A DNA stretch of 63,472 nt, counting the filler. It is 6 parts of 6 records of this genome, joined end to end, with 100 filler letters (N's around TTAATTAATTAA, not from the genome) between each part and the next. Parts side by side here need not be neighbours in the genome. Positions count along the whole stretch, not along the records: positions 1 to 28,965 come from SRR20825010_1188; 5 more parts are not named here. One strand, written 5' to 3'. Every line of letters begins with the position of its first letter. Positions within the stretch are counted from its first letter, which is position 1. Below are positions 1 through 10,531 of the stretch, one piece after another. The notes under the pieces were generated by a model that worked only from the letters and a program-made list of their open reading frames with translations, did no database searches and was not told the DNA's origin. A program made the translations under genes and the position numbers.

Positions 1-73
1 CCACCATCCCGCTTTTTGCTTTGTATCAAAGCCCATAGCTTGCTAGCACTGTCTCTCAACAGCGGAGTGTTTG

Positions 74-1129
74 ATGAACGGTGATCACGTGACGGTGGAG
101 AAGACAAACGAAGCCTTCCGGTTTAACCCGGAGGAAGATTGCCAGCATGCGTTCCTGAAGGGTGACGTCGGCGGCCCTGCAGGTGCGCTTCTCAATATCT
201 ATCATGATAACTGGTTCGGCATCAGAAGCGCGGCTGCCGCCATGCCTGGCGATAAGCTTGTCATCAATCCGGAAACCATTTCACCAGACCACTTTGAGAG
301 CATCGCGAAGACCATAGCCAGCAGCGGCGCTTCGTTCGTTTGCTTTCAGGGTTTCTCAGAGCCGCTCGCGCAACTGGCGACCTATTTGAAAGCACACCTT
401 GGCAGTGCGCTGAAACTGTTTGCCGTCAGCCATGTAACCTCCACGCAGTTCCAGGCGCCATTTGAAATTCGCATGCAGGCAGCCCTTGTTCGTTTGCTGA
501 ACGAGGGAGTATTTGAGCGCATCGGGAGCGTGAAGCCCCACTTTCATGAGGTGGTGCCGCAAACCTGGCCAAAAACCTTGATTAATTTTTGCCCCACGAT
601 GCAGGGAATCTCGGCTTTGCCTGATGTTAGCCGTGTGTTTATCCCGGTCGAGAATCACTGGCGAAAGGGCCTTTATACCAACCTGATCGCGGCGCTCAGG
701 GCGTCAGAGGTATCAATTGTCCGCACAGTGAATGAACCTAAACATCTCGAGCTTATCGAGAGCTTAGAGAAAGTCTCCGTTACCGGTTTCCTCTCACCTG
801 AGCGAATGGTGGAGGAGATCAGCGCGGCGGCTGCGGTGATGAATGTGTCGCTGGCGGAATGCCAGCCCATGACCCAGCTTGAGGCCTTTGCGCTCGGCCG
901 GCCTTGCCTCACAGGGCCGCTTGGGCTTGAGGAGTTTGCTGATGATGAACTGATCAGGCTTTGCACCGTCGAGGGGCTCGATACCCCGCATGGGATCATC
1001 ATGAAACTGGAGGCTTTGCTAAGCCTCTGGCGGCGGGATACCATAGGCATGACCCAAATGATCGCAAACCATGTTTCGCACAGGCAAGCCCTGGCGCTTA
1101 CCCGTCTCAATGAATTCCTGGGGGGGTAA
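74..1129 (+). CDS. GT-B fold glycosyltransferase (GT4-like)
   Basis: C-terminal E-x7-E motif (SLAECQPMTQLEAFALGRPCL); GGAG before ATG at 74; first gene of the GT cluster. Confidence 0.75.
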   Translation: MNGDHVTVEKTNEAFRFNPEEDCQHAFLKGDVGGPAGALLNIYHDNWFGIRSAAAAMPGDKLVINPETISPDHFESIAKTIASSGASFVCFQGFSEPLAQLATYLKAHLGSALKLFAVSHVTSTQFQAPFEIRMQAALVRLLNEGVFERIGSVKPHFHEVVPQTWPKTLINFCPTMQGISALPDVSRVFIPVENHWRKGLYTNLIAALRASEVSIVRTVNEPKHLELIESLEKVSVTGFLSPERMVEEISAAAAVMNVSLAECQPMTQLEAFALGRPCLTGPLGLEEFADDELIRLCTVEGLDTPHGIIMKLEALLSLWRRDTIGMTQMIANHVSHRQALALTRLNEFLGG

Positions 1130-1137
1130 GGCAAGCT

Positions 1138-3588
1138 ATGGCACGCATCTGTTTTGTCACCAACGAGATTTACCCGCTGCACAAAGGTGGCATTGGGCGC
1201 ATGTTATATAATATTGCGGTTAAAAATGCCGAGAGTGCGCAGCCTGCGGATATTCACTTCCTCATGGTATGGCAGCCTGATGACGTGCAGGCAAATATCC
1301 GCATGGCACTCGCGGGGCTAGCCTCCATAGCTTTCTGCCCGCTCACAGCGGGCTCCTTTGGTGGCTGGGCAACCGAGTTTGAACAGAGCAATGCGCTCAA
1401 TTGGCACTATGGCCACGCGTATCGGCAATCGCTCATGCTCTATTGGGCGCTTGATGAATATGAGAAAGGCCTTGATGCGCCCTTTGATATTATCGAGTTT
1501 CCAGACTATGGCGGCTGGGCGCTCGCAACGCTTGAGGCGAAAGCAACGGGCATACGCTTCACGGGTGCGACAATCGCGGTGCGACTGCACTCTACAGCCG
1601 GGGTTATCGCCGCGCACCAGCCGTTCTATGAGAAGATTGGCCACTGGGCTGGCTGCATTGAAGATATGGAATATCAGTGCCTAGCCAAAGCCGACGTCAT
1701 CGTTGGTCATCTTGGAGGCATTATCGATTATAACCAGCAACATTACGGGTTTGATGATGCCTGGCGCGCTCGTTGTTACACCGAGTTCCCGCCCATTGAG
1801 CTGACGGTGGACGAAGCATCGCAACATGCTGGGCGGCGCTCAGGTGCGGACCCGGATTTCATCTTTTCGTCCCGGCTGCAACCGTTCAAACAGCCAGACC
1901 TGTTCATCAAGGCAGCCCTGAAGTTCCTGAGCGCAACACCGGCCTATAGCGGGCGCTTCCGTCTGATCTCCTACGGTTGGGATGATGCTTATATCGCGTG
2001 GCTTGAGAGCCTCATTCCGGCCCACAGGGCAGCGCAGGTGACGATTGAACGTGACCTCAGCGCGGGTGAGCGCATCAAGGCCATCCGCTCCGGCATTACC
2101 GTTATCCCGTCCAACTATGAAAGCCTGTGCCTTTTTGCGTATGAAGCTTCAAATCTTGGCAGCACAGTCATCCTGAACGATGCTTGCCTCGGGTTCGGGG
2201 AAAAGAGCAGGTGGGTGCACGGTGAGAATTGCCTGAAGTTTGATGGCAGCCTGGAAGGCCTTGTCACTGTATTGCGGGATGCCATAGACGCCCAATTGCC
2301 TGAGGTGGTCTCAGTGCAGACAACCACACCTTATTGGGACGCGGGTCTCGAGGCCTCTGCGCCCCCGACAGGGAAAGGGCAGGAGCTTACTCTGCTGCTG
2401 CACGGCTTCAAACGCCGCGAAGAGGTTTCCGGCAGCCTCAAGCGGCACAAAGAAGCGCAGGCGTCAAAGGGACCTGACCATCTTCTGCTGCTTTTGCCTG
2501 ATGCCTGGCGTGGCGAGGCGATGTTTGATGAGCGGGATGCGGATGTTCACTGGCTTGCAAGCGACGCGCCGTGGCCAGAAGATATCGCGGGCGCGGTGTC
2601 TCAGTTAAATGGGCTGATTGCCATCGCGGAGGCTGATACGCTGTTTGAACCACCCTATTGGGCGCGGGCGAGACAGGCGCTTGAGCATATTGATGTAGCG
2701 GCGTTTGCGAGCCACGCGCGGCTGAGACTGCCCGATGGCCGTACAGATGCAATTCGTACTTACGCGGGTGGTGCGCCTTCAGCGGCGGTTCTCTCGGCCG
2801 ATGCATTGCCGCCGGGCGCGGTATACCGGGCGGATGTGTTGCGTGAGCTGATGGCAGACGGCCTCGCTTTCACACCACATGAGAAATCGCGCTGGTACTC
2901 GCTGCTCGGGCGCACCATGGCGCTTGGCAAAATGGCTATAACGGTCGCGCCTTCGCCTGATATCAGCATCCCGGCAAACCGGTTGCGAGACAAAGGCGAT
3001 GCTATCATCGATAATGCCCTGCTGGAGCGCCACTTGGGGAAAGCGCTGGGGGCAAAGCCAGCCTTCCTGCCGGGCCTTGCATTGAAGCTGCTTGCGCCGC
3101 TTGCGGCGGGTGCACCGGAGATAGAGTTGAGCCAGGCGCTGCGGGGCGCCAAACAGCTTTGGCCTTTGGCTGGCACGCTAGACTGGAGGCCTGTTGAATA
3201 CCGCATGAAAGAGCGCGCGCTGCAGGTGCACCCGCGTGAGGGCGGGCATGTGATTGCCGCGTTACCTATTGGGCAAAAGGACCTGATCAGCGCGTTATCT
3301 GTAAGGCTTCGGCATTATGGCGATGGCAACCCTGGCGTTGATTTCCAGTTGCTGGCCTTTGAGGTGGAGCCAGACGCTGCACTTATGGAAAAGCTGGAAT
3401 GTAGCGCAGAAATAGAGGGTGTGATGGCAAGTGACTGGCAGAAAATCACACCGGGCGAGACCGTTACCCTGACCCTTGAAGGGTTAGCAGAGGGGAATTT
3501 TAACGTGTTCGCGATCACCGCCCGACCAAGCGACGGTGTGACCATCCATAAAGCGTGGACCTTTGTTGATAAGCTCTGGAGTCACTAA
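1138..3588 (+). CDS. Multidomain glycosyltransferase: GT4 domain, degenerate GT2-like middle, C-terminal DUF6212-like module
   Basis: N-terminal RICFVTNEIYP..GGIG, IEFPDYGG, SRLQPFKQPD, PSNYESLCLFAYEA; C-terminal LQVHP...AWT module shared with 15105-17204. Confidence 0.75.
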   Translation: MARICFVTNEIYPLHKGGIGRMLYNIAVKNAESAQPADIHFLMVWQPDDVQANIRMALAGLASIAFCPLTAGSFGGWATEFEQSNALNWHYGHAYRQSLMLYWALDEYEKGLDAPFDIIEFPDYGGWALATLEAKATGIRFTGATIAVRLHSTAGVIAAHQPFYEKIGHWAGCIEDMEYQCLAKADVIVGHLGGIIDYNQQHYGFDDAWRARCYTEFPPIELTVDEASQHAGRRSGADPDFIFSSRLQPFKQPDLFIKAALKFLSATPAYSGRFRLISYGWDDAYIAWLESLIPAHRAAQVTIERDLSAGERIKAIRSGITVIPSNYESLCLFAYEASNLGSTVILNDACLGFGEKSRWVHGENCLKFDGSLEGLVTVLRDAIDAQLPEVVSVQTTTPYWDAGLEASAPPTGKGQELTLLLHGFKRREEVSGSLKRHKEAQASKGPDHLLLLLPDAWRGEAMFDERDADVHWLASDAPWPEDIAGAVSQLNGLIAIAEADTLFEPPYWARARQALEHIDVAAFASHARLRLPDGRTDAIRTYAGGAPSAAVLSADALPPGAVYRADVLRELMADGLAFTPHEKSRWYSLLGRTMALGKMAITVAPSPDISIPANRLRDKGDAIIDNALLERHLGKALGAKPAFLPGLALKLLAPLAAGAPEIELSQALRGAKQLWPLAGTLDWRPVEYRMKERALQVHPREGGHVIAALPIGQKDLISALSVRLRHYGDGNPGVDFQLLAFEVEPDAALMEKLECSAEIEGVMASDWQKITPGETVTLTLEGLAEGNFNVFAITARPSDGVTIHKAWTFVDKLWSH

Positions 3589-5264
3589 GTCTTTGATATA
3601 GCAAGGATATGGTCGATATTCTGAGCCGCGCCGTCTTCTGAATAGTGCTGCTCTGCCGCCATTTTCGCCGCACTGCCAAGGGCTTCGCGAAGGCTGGGGT
3701 TTTCAACTAGCTCCGTGAGTGCTGCGCGCCACTCTTCCCAGTTTTTACACAACATACCGGTCTTGCTGTGTGTGACTGCATCAAGGAAACCTGCGGTGCC
3801 GCTCGCGATCGTTGGTACACCGAACATGGCGGCTTCCAGCCATTTAATCGCGCTTTTGCAATCATTAAAATGGTTTATTTCAAGGGGTGCGAGGTTGATA
3901 TCAGCAGATGCGAGGGCTTGCCAATAGTCGCCAAGCGCCCCCAACGGGCGGTGCCTAATCTGGCCAGAAAATGGCGTGAGAACAGCAGGCAGGTCCAGAT
4001 ACCCCATCAGCGTTAACCGGACACCCGGCTGGGCTTTCAGTAGCGGTGCGAGGCAATTTTCAGCAAAATCATCAAAGTCAGATTGCAGGGCGCGGGTGCC
4101 TGTACCGTAAAAAAGCTCAACGATATCAGTGTCTTTTAAAGTATTTCCGCGTGCCAATTCTTGCGCAGTTCGGTGTTGGCGCCCAAGAGCATTGGCATGA
4201 ATATGCACCGGCGTGCCGGGCAGCGCCTTGGATATCGCAGACTTGAGCGCCGATGTTGAGGTGATCACACCGTCGCATAATGCCATAGCAGCGAGATATA
4301 ACGGCGGCAGAACCTGAAGTTCGGCATACTCATCCTCGCTAAAATCAGCACCATAAGAGGCCTTCGGGCCGGGGAATACCACACTGTCAAACAGCAGGTC
4401 GTCTGTCTCGTAAAGCATTGGAATACCAGCGGCTTTTGTCGCTGCTATCGCGCTAAAAACAGCGGGAACAAGCGGCAAACGGTAGCAGATCACATGGCTG
4501 AATGACGGCAGCGCCGCTTCAAAAGCCGTCAGTTCCTGCCGCGAAAACACGGAGCTCTTAACACCAAGGCTCTGTAATTGCTCAGCTTTCTGCTCCACGC
4601 GGTAATGCCTGCATTGGGGAAGCGAGAGGTCCCCGATGATCGCCACATGTGGCGGGTCTGTAGGCAACTGTGTGGTCGGGTGTGGCGCTATTTGTGGCGC
4701 AGCCTTTGGGGCGGATATATGCGCGTAAAGGGCAGGCACCGTCGCCATGCGGTCAAGCGCCGCCGCCCGGTCGCCCGCTATCGCGTCCACCATTGCCTGT
4801 TTCTTCTCAAGCGAGAAAGCCTGCCGCACAGCCCGGACAAGAAGGTTGGTTTTGTCCTCACTGTCAGGCAAGGGCAATAGCAGGTCGAGCGCATGCTTCG
4901 GCTCCCCTTGTAGAAGCGCGCATTGCGCCTGGTCCAGCATCACGTCATCACGTGCGGGCAACAGCTCCAGGAGCCGCGCCGCGTCAAACACCGTGCCGGG
5001 CTCAAATAGAACGCCGTCCGGGAAGAATATTTCATAAGGTTTGTCTAAATCGGGCCGAGGAAACCGCGTTTGAAAGGCCGCATCAATATAAAGGCTGGCT
5101 GAAAGAGGGCCGAAAAACAACAGAGCCTCGCCCCCCGTGCCGGGGGATGCGTGAAAGCTCAACACGCCGTCTTTCATCTCAAGTTCAGTTTGCCAAGCAG
5201 ATACTGCGGCAAAGTTTCCTGACAGACAGGCGGTTTTCTTTGGAAAAACGCGGAAGAACGACAT
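3585..5264 (-). CDS. GT4-like glycosyltransferase
   Basis: DLSLPQCRHYRVEQK, YETDDLLF and ADINLAPLE.NHFNDCKSAIKWLEAAMFGVPTIAS motifs of polysaccharide GT-B enzymes; start uncertain. Confidence 0.75.
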   Translation of the reverse strand: MSFFRVFPKKTACLSGNFAAVSAWQTELEMKDGVLSFHASPGTGGEALLFFGPLSASLYIDAAFQTRFPRPDLDKPYEIFFPDGVLFEPGTVFDAARLLELLPARDDVMLDQAQCALLQGEPKHALDLLLPLPDSEDKTNLLVRAVRQAFSLEKKQAMVDAIAGDRAAALDRMATVPALYAHISAPKAAPQIAPHPTTQLPTDPPHVAIIGDLSLPQCRHYRVEQKAEQLQSLGVKSSVFSRQELTAFEAALPSFSHVICYRLPLVPAVFSAIAATKAAGIPMLYETDDLLFDSVVFPGPKASYGADFSEDEYAELQVLPPLYLAAMALCDGVITSTSALKSAISKALPGTPVHIHANALGRQHRTAQELARGNTLKDTDIVELFYGTGTRALQSDFDDFAENCLAPLLKAQPGVRLTLMGYLDLPAVLTPFSGQIRHRPLGALGDYWQALASADINLAPLEINHFNDCKSAIKWLEAAMFGVPTIASGTAGFLDAVTHSKTGMLCKNWEEWRAALTELVENPSLREALGSAAKMAAEQHYSEDGAAQNIDHILAISKT

Positions 5265-5428
5265 AAAAGAGCCCAAAATCTAGGTGGTTGTGTTACCGAC
5301 CTTAAATGTTAATTTGATGCAAATCCATTTTCATGACAAAGCGAACATGAATGCTAAGGCAGTACCGTGTTCGCGCCGCCAGTTGCGGGCTTTGTTCCGT
5401 ACCACGGCGAAGGGTTTAGGATATTCAT

Positions 5429-8400
5429 ATGAGTAGCAGCGTGTCCGGGAAAGGCACCAACATCATCGAGCGAATTGAACAGTCCGGGCTTTTTCTTGCT
5501 GACTGGTATAGCGAGCGTTATGGCCTTGACGGCACAAAGCCTGCCAAAGCGCTGAAGCATTATGTAGAAAAGGGCGCTGCCCTTGGCTATCGCCCCAACC
5601 CGTATTTTGATGCGCCCTATTATGCTACTCAGTCTGGCGTTAAGGACCCGTGCGAAGCGCTCGTGCATTTTGCGGATGGGGGCTGGCGTGAGGGGTTGGA
5701 CCCTTCCAAGGAATTTCTGGTCACACCTTATCTGGAAGCGAACCCGGATATTGCCAGCGCAGGGCTGAGCCCGTTGGCACATTTTCTCAGCCATGGCCGG
5801 CATGAAGGCCGCAAGGCTGTCTCAAAGTCGTTTGTTGATCCATGGGCGCCACCGCCGGGGGCACTGGCGCTTAAGGACGCGACGGTCACCAAGCGGCATA
5901 AAAGCTTAGCCAAATCTGTCACTGAGACCGGTTTGTTTGATGCTGCGTTTTACTGCGCCACATATCATACCCACATGGATGCAGAAGGCATGGCTGACCC
6001 CGCGCTGCATTACACGCTGTTTGGTGAAAAGCACGGGTTTAAGCCCAATCTCTATTTTGACCCAACCTACTACAAGCGCATGGCTGGGCTTGGAAAATCA
6101 GGCTCGCCTGCGCTTCTGGATTATGCGAACAAGGGGTGGAAAAAGGGCCTTAACCCCTCCGCCCGGTTCAGCGGTGTTTTGTACCGGGAAGCTTATGCAG
6201 ACCGTTTTGGCAGGCAAAATGAACCCCTCGCGCATTATTTGAAAGACGGTGAGGCCATGGGCTTCGCGCGGTTTGATGTGCAACTGGCAACCGCAACCGG
6301 GAACGCAAGTGAGGACAAAGCCACCGTCGCCCAAATGGTTGAGGTTGCCAAAACCGGCCTGTTTGATGCCGCCTGGTACACCCAAAAATCAGAGGACCTG
6401 AAGGGCGAGGATATCACGCCGATAGAGCATTATCTTTCTACCGGTATGAAGGAAGGGCGTTGGCCGAACGAGTATTTTGACGACCGCTGGTACGGCACTT
6501 GTTACGGCGCGGAAATAGGAAAAGAACTACCACTGCTTCATTATGCCCGAGCGGGCTGCCTTATGGGCAAGTGGCCTTCGAAAACCTTTTCGCCAGAGCT
6601 GTACTTCCTTATGAACAAGGACATCAGTGAAGAGCAGGATAACCCGCTTTTGCATTTCCTTGAGTGCAAGCGCGGTGGTGTGCCACGCTCCTGGCCGAAC
6701 CCTGCCTATCTTGGCAAAGAGGGCCATGCCTATCTGGTGATGAACGAGCAGGAGCGCGCACTTGCCCGCGAGGCAATCGTGGGCACCGGGTTGTTTGACC
6801 CCCACTGGTATGCGCAGGCCTACGCGCAAGACCTGATAGGCGGCGCGGATTATGTTGAGCATTTCCTGATTTTTGGTACTGGCCTGAAGTGCCGCCCGAA
6901 CAGATATTTCGATACGCAGTGGTATGCGGATGAATACGCCGGCGATATTGGTGATTGCCATCCGCTTGTGTTTTACGCGGAGCACGGTTGGAAACTTGGG
7001 CACAAACCAAGCCGTGAGTTTGATGAAGCATCTTACCTTGAAGCTTATCCTGAGCTTGAGGATTTTGGCGGCAGCATGCTGGCGCACTATGTGCAGTTGG
7101 GCCGGGCGGAAGGCCGCACAGTGCCTGCACCTGTTGAGACCAGAGGGCAATCTGGCGCAGTGTTTCGTGCCCACGGCGGCAAGCGCATCCTTGGGCGCGG
7201 CATGCAAGGCATTACTGCGTTTGACCGCGTGCGCTTAACCCCGGCGGGGAAAGAATATGATCCAGCGCAGTTGAACATCCACTGGGTGATCCCGGACTTC
7301 GCGGCGGGCGGGGGCGGGCATATGACCATTTTCCGCATGATCAGTTTTTTGGAGCGGCAGGGCCACAAGGTCACCATCTGGGTCAATGACCCAGACCAGC
7401 ATAAAAGACCCGAAGACGCGCGAGAGACCATCAATAAACATTTCCAGTTTATTGCGGCAGACGTCCGGTTTGTGGGCAGCAATTTTGCAGAACAGGCAGC
7501 GGGGGATGCAATCGTAGCGACAGACTGTTGGTCGGTCTGGCCCGTGATGGCAGCGGCAAACTTCCGTGAGCGGTTTTATTTTGTGCAGGATTTCGAGCCG
7601 TCCTTCTTTGCCATGGGCGGCAACTATCTGGCCGCAGAGCTGACCTACAAGCAGGAGCTGTTTTGCTTGTGCGCAAGCCCGTGGCTTGCTCAAAAACTCA
7701 GCCGGGATTATGGCCGCCGCACCGCGCATTTCTATCTGGCCGCAGACCAGCGGCTTTATTTCCCTGCCAAGCCTGAGGGCGAGAAACAGGCGAAGGAAAA
7801 TACGGTTCCCCGCATTGCCTTTTACTCGCGGATCGCGACTGACCGCCGCGCGGTAGAGCTGGGCCTGTTGGCACTTGAGCTGCTGGCACGCGAAGGTGTG
7901 TCTTTCCATGTGGACTTCTTTGGTAACGATGTGCCTTTTGGGGATGCGCCGTTTGCCTTCACGGACCACGGGGTTGCGTCAACGGCTGATCTGGCCGCGC
8001 TTTTCAACAAAGCTGACATCGGTGTGGTTTTTTCTGCCACCAACTATTCGCTGGTGCCGCAGGAGATGATGGCGTGCGGTTTGCCTATTGTGGAGCTGGA
8101 CGGTGAGAATACCCGCGCGATTTATGACGAGGATATCGTTGCGTGGGCCAAGCCCGACCCTTATGCGATCGCGACAGAAATCAAGGCATTGCTGAGGGAC
8201 GAGAAACGCAAGAAAGCGCAGGCTGATGCCGCGCTCAAATGGGTTTCGGGTTTCTCCTGGAAACAGGCGGCGGAGACAGTTGAAGCTGCAATCAAGGATG
8301 CTGTGACGGAAGCGGCAAAAACGACCGGTGCCAAACCTGGGCCAAGGCAAAAGGAAGCCACGCCCCCAAAAGCGTCTGTGGTGATCCCGACCTATAATGC

Positions 8401-9295
8401 GGGTGCACAATTTGAAGCGGTGCTTGATGGTGTGTTGGCACAGCATACGCCGTGGCCGTTTGAGGTTCTGGTGATTGATAGCGGCTCAACAGATGGCACC
8501 TTGGATTTGATCGCCAAGCGGCCGGAGGTAAGGCTGCATCAGATCGATAAAAGCGAGTTTAGCCACGGAGGCACACGCAACCTGGGCGTTGAGCTGACAT
8601 CGGGCGAGTATATCGCTTTCCTCACCCACGATGCGCTACCCGCCAACGATGCGTGGCTTTTTAATATTGTGGAAGCGCTTGAGGTAACACCGGAAGCAGC
8701 CGGCGCGTTTGGCAAACATTTCGCCTATCCGGAAGCGTCGGCCTTCACGAAACGTGACCTTGATGCGCATTTTGCTGGCATGCTCAACTATCCGCTGTGT
8801 GTGTCCCGCGATACGGACGTGGCCCGTTACCGGTCTGGTGACGCGGGCTGGCGGCAGTTCTTGCATTTCTATAGCGACAACAACAGCTGTTTCCGCCGTT
8901 CTGTGTGGGAGAAGTTGCCATACAGGGTGGTTGAGTTTGGCGAAGACCAGCTTTGGGCATCTGATATCATTGAAGCAGGTTATGCCAAGCTATATGCGGC
9001 GCAGGCCACCGTGTACCACAGCCACGACTATGACGAAGAGGAAACGCGGGAGCGGTCTTCCATTGAGGCCAGCTTCTTCAAGCATTTCTTTGGCTATGAG
9101 CTGATCAGCGCTGAAGACCAGTTTGAGCGCGAGTTAGCCGCGCTGAATGCGGGTGATGAAGCGTGGGCGCGGGCGCACAATGTGCCGGAGGCCGAGATAG
9201 ACCTGCGGCGACGGTTGAATGCAGCTCGGCTCAGGGGATACCTGGAAGGCGGCAGCGCGGACACCAGCAAGATTTTCAAGCAGGTTGTGGCCTAA
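5429..9295 (+). CDS. Large bifunctional glycosyltransferase: N-terminal repeat region, WsaF-like GT4 (probable rhamnosyltransferase) and GT2 (RfbN-like rhamnosyltransferase)
   Basis: IHWVIPDF..GGGGHMTIFR and YFVQDFEP (WsaF-like); ASVVIPTYNAG, VIDSGSTDGT, FSHGGTRN, EFGEDQLWA (GT2); 1288 aa. Confidence 0.8.
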   Translation: MSSSVSGKGTNIIERIEQSGLFLADWYSERYGLDGTKPAKALKHYVEKGAALGYRPNPYFDAPYYATQSGVKDPCEALVHFADGGWREGLDPSKEFLVTPYLEANPDIASAGLSPLAHFLSHGRHEGRKAVSKSFVDPWAPPPGALALKDATVTKRHKSLAKSVTETGLFDAAFYCATYHTHMDAEGMADPALHYTLFGEKHGFKPNLYFDPTYYKRMAGLGKSGSPALLDYANKGWKKGLNPSARFSGVLYREAYADRFGRQNEPLAHYLKDGEAMGFARFDVQLATATGNASEDKATVAQMVEVAKTGLFDAAWYTQKSEDLKGEDITPIEHYLSTGMKEGRWPNEYFDDRWYGTCYGAEIGKELPLLHYARAGCLMGKWPSKTFSPELYFLMNKDISEEQDNPLLHFLECKRGGVPRSWPNPAYLGKEGHAYLVMNEQERALAREAIVGTGLFDPHWYAQAYAQDLIGGADYVEHFLIFGTGLKCRPNRYFDTQWYADEYAGDIGDCHPLVFYAEHGWKLGHKPSREFDEASYLEAYPELEDFGGSMLAHYVQLGRAEGRTVPAPVETRGQSGAVFRAHGGKRILGRGMQGITAFDRVRLTPAGKEYDPAQLNIHWVIPDFAAGGGGHMTIFRMISFLERQGHKVTIWVNDPDQHKRPEDARETINKHFQFIAADVRFVGSNFAEQAAGDAIVATDCWSVWPVMAAANFRERFYFVQDFEPSFFAMGGNYLAAELTYKQELFCLCASPWLAQKLSRDYGRRTAHFYLAADQRLYFPAKPEGEKQAKENTVPRIAFYSRIATDRRAVELGLLALELLAREGVSFHVDFFGNDVPFGDAPFAFTDHGVASTADLAALFNKADIGVVFSATNYSLVPQEMMACGLPIVELDGENTRAIYDEDIVAWAKPDPYAIATEIKALLRDEKRKKAQADAALKWVSGFSWKQAAETVEAAIKDAVTEAAKTTGAKPGPRQKEATPPKASVVIPTYNAGAQFEAVLDGVLAQHTPWPFEVLVIDSGSTDGTLDLIAKRPEVRLHQIDKSEFSHGGTRNLGVELTSGEYIAFLTHDALPANDAWLFNIVEALEVTPEAAGAFGKHFAYPEASAFTKRDLDAHFAGMLNYPLCVSRDTDVARYRSGDAGWRQFLHFYSDNNSCFRRSVWEKLPYRVVEFGEDQLWASDIIEAGYAKLYAAQATVYHSHDYDEEETRERSSIEASFFKHFFGYELISAEDQFERELAALNAGDEAWARAHNVPEAEIDLRRRLNAARLRGYLEGGSADTSKIFKQVVA
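5483..7117 (+). repeat. Intragenic protein repeat: 4 super-repeats (~142-148 aa), each of 3 'F(D)xxxY...PLxH(Y/F)xxxGxxxGxxP' units
   Basis: Super-repeats start with SGLF/TGLFD at about 5483, 5927, 6353 and 6785. Confidence 0.8.
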
Positions 9296-9445
9296 GGTGG
9301 CACGCGCCGCTCTCACTAGCTTGCAATATATATTTGCACCTTGTGGTGCACCGGCGCTATATGAAGTGCGCGTTATCGTTGCCTTGGGGGAGTATGCAGT
9401 GCTGGGCCATGATGATGCGCGGATAAGTCGAGACCGGAGCATTTC

Positions 9446-10483
9446 GTGGCGATAACATTATATCTCCATATCGGGTACCCAAAGTGCGGCAGCACCACCA
9501 TTCAGGAAGCGCTTTATGAGAACCGCAAGGTTTTGCGGGCGATGGGGTATGGTGTGTGCGGACGAACGCTCGACCTTTTGGGCCCACGGTCAAAGCTCTG
9601 GTTTCCCGTTGGGTATTTCAAATCGCACCTTGATGCAGCGCGTGACGGCAACGCGCCTGATATGGAGCCTGAGTTCAAGGCCCTTCATGCGCGTGCAGCA
9701 GCAGCCGGTTTGCATTCAGTTGTTATCTCGGCAGAGAACCTGAGCGCCGTGCAGGCGCCGGGCTTGCTGGCGAGTGCAAAAAAATACTTCGATTGCCGCG
9801 TTATTTTTTACTTCCGACGGCAGGATGACTGGCTGACCTCAAGCTGGGCACAATGGCAGTTCAAGGGCGGAGAGGGTTTGACCGCATTTGTGCGTCGTCG
9901 GCTTTCCATGCCGGACAAACTTCTGTTCCGCCCTGTGCTGGAGAGTTATCTTGAGCATTTTGCGAGAGATGTTTTTCGCGTTCGGCTGCTATCGGGCAAA
10001 TATCTTACCGGTGGTGATTTGTGCTCAGACTTCTGGCATGCCGTGGGCATTGACGGTGGTTTGATGCAGCGTGTGGTTTCCAGGAATGTTTCCTTCAGCA
10101 CGCAGCTGGCGGGTGTGCTCAAAGAAAGCCCTTACCTGTTTGAGGACGCGCATGACAATGAGCTGACCGGCTTCATTGACGAGCAGCACAAAGGCAGGCG
10201 CGGTGCAAAGAAGGACGCATTATCTCATGATATGCGCGCTGAAATTCTAGACTTTTTCAAGAATGAGAACGACTGGCTTGAGACGACGTTTTTCCAGGGT
10301 GGCGGGCTTGGCGATTGGCTCAAGTTGCCGGATACGGGGCCATCAGCGCTAAAGCCAGATCTGGCAGCGCTTGACGACGCCAGTTTGCGCGGGGTCAGTG
10401 AACTATTGAACCTGAACATGGTTGTTTTAAAAGAGCTGCGGCAGGACGTGGACAAGATCAAGCGGGCGCTTGGTATTAAATAG
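9446..10483 (+). CDS. Sulfotransferase-like P-loop protein
   Basis: LHIGYPKCGSTTIQ (5'-PSB-like), ISAENL, YFRRQDDWLTSSWAQ (3'-PB-like). Confidence 0.65.
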   Translation: MAITLYLHIGYPKCGSTTIQEALYENRKVLRAMGYGVCGRTLDLLGPRSKLWFPVGYFKSHLDAARDGNAPDMEPEFKALHARAAAAGLHSVVISAENLSAVQAPGLLASAKKYFDCRVIFYFRRQDDWLTSSWAQWQFKGGEGLTAFVRRRLSMPDKLLFRPVLESYLEHFARDVFRVRLLSGKYLTGGDLCSDFWHAVGIDGGLMQRVVSRNVSFSTQLAGVLKESPYLFEDAHDNELTGFIDEQHKGRRGAKKDALSHDMRAEILDFFKNENDWLETTFFQGGGLGDWLKLPDTGPSALKPDLAALDDASLRGVSELLNLNMVVLKELRQDVDKIKRALGIK

Positions 10484-10531
10484 CCCATTTTGGTCTTTAG
10501 GGGCGCGCGGCGCCGGATGATAGGTAGACAC

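Noticed and set aside
5483-7117. Repeat region as a CRISPR array or DNA tandem repeat
   Set aside because: The similarity is at protein level only, inside an ORF; I saw no CRISPR array, cas, tRNA, rRNA or transposase genes in the window.
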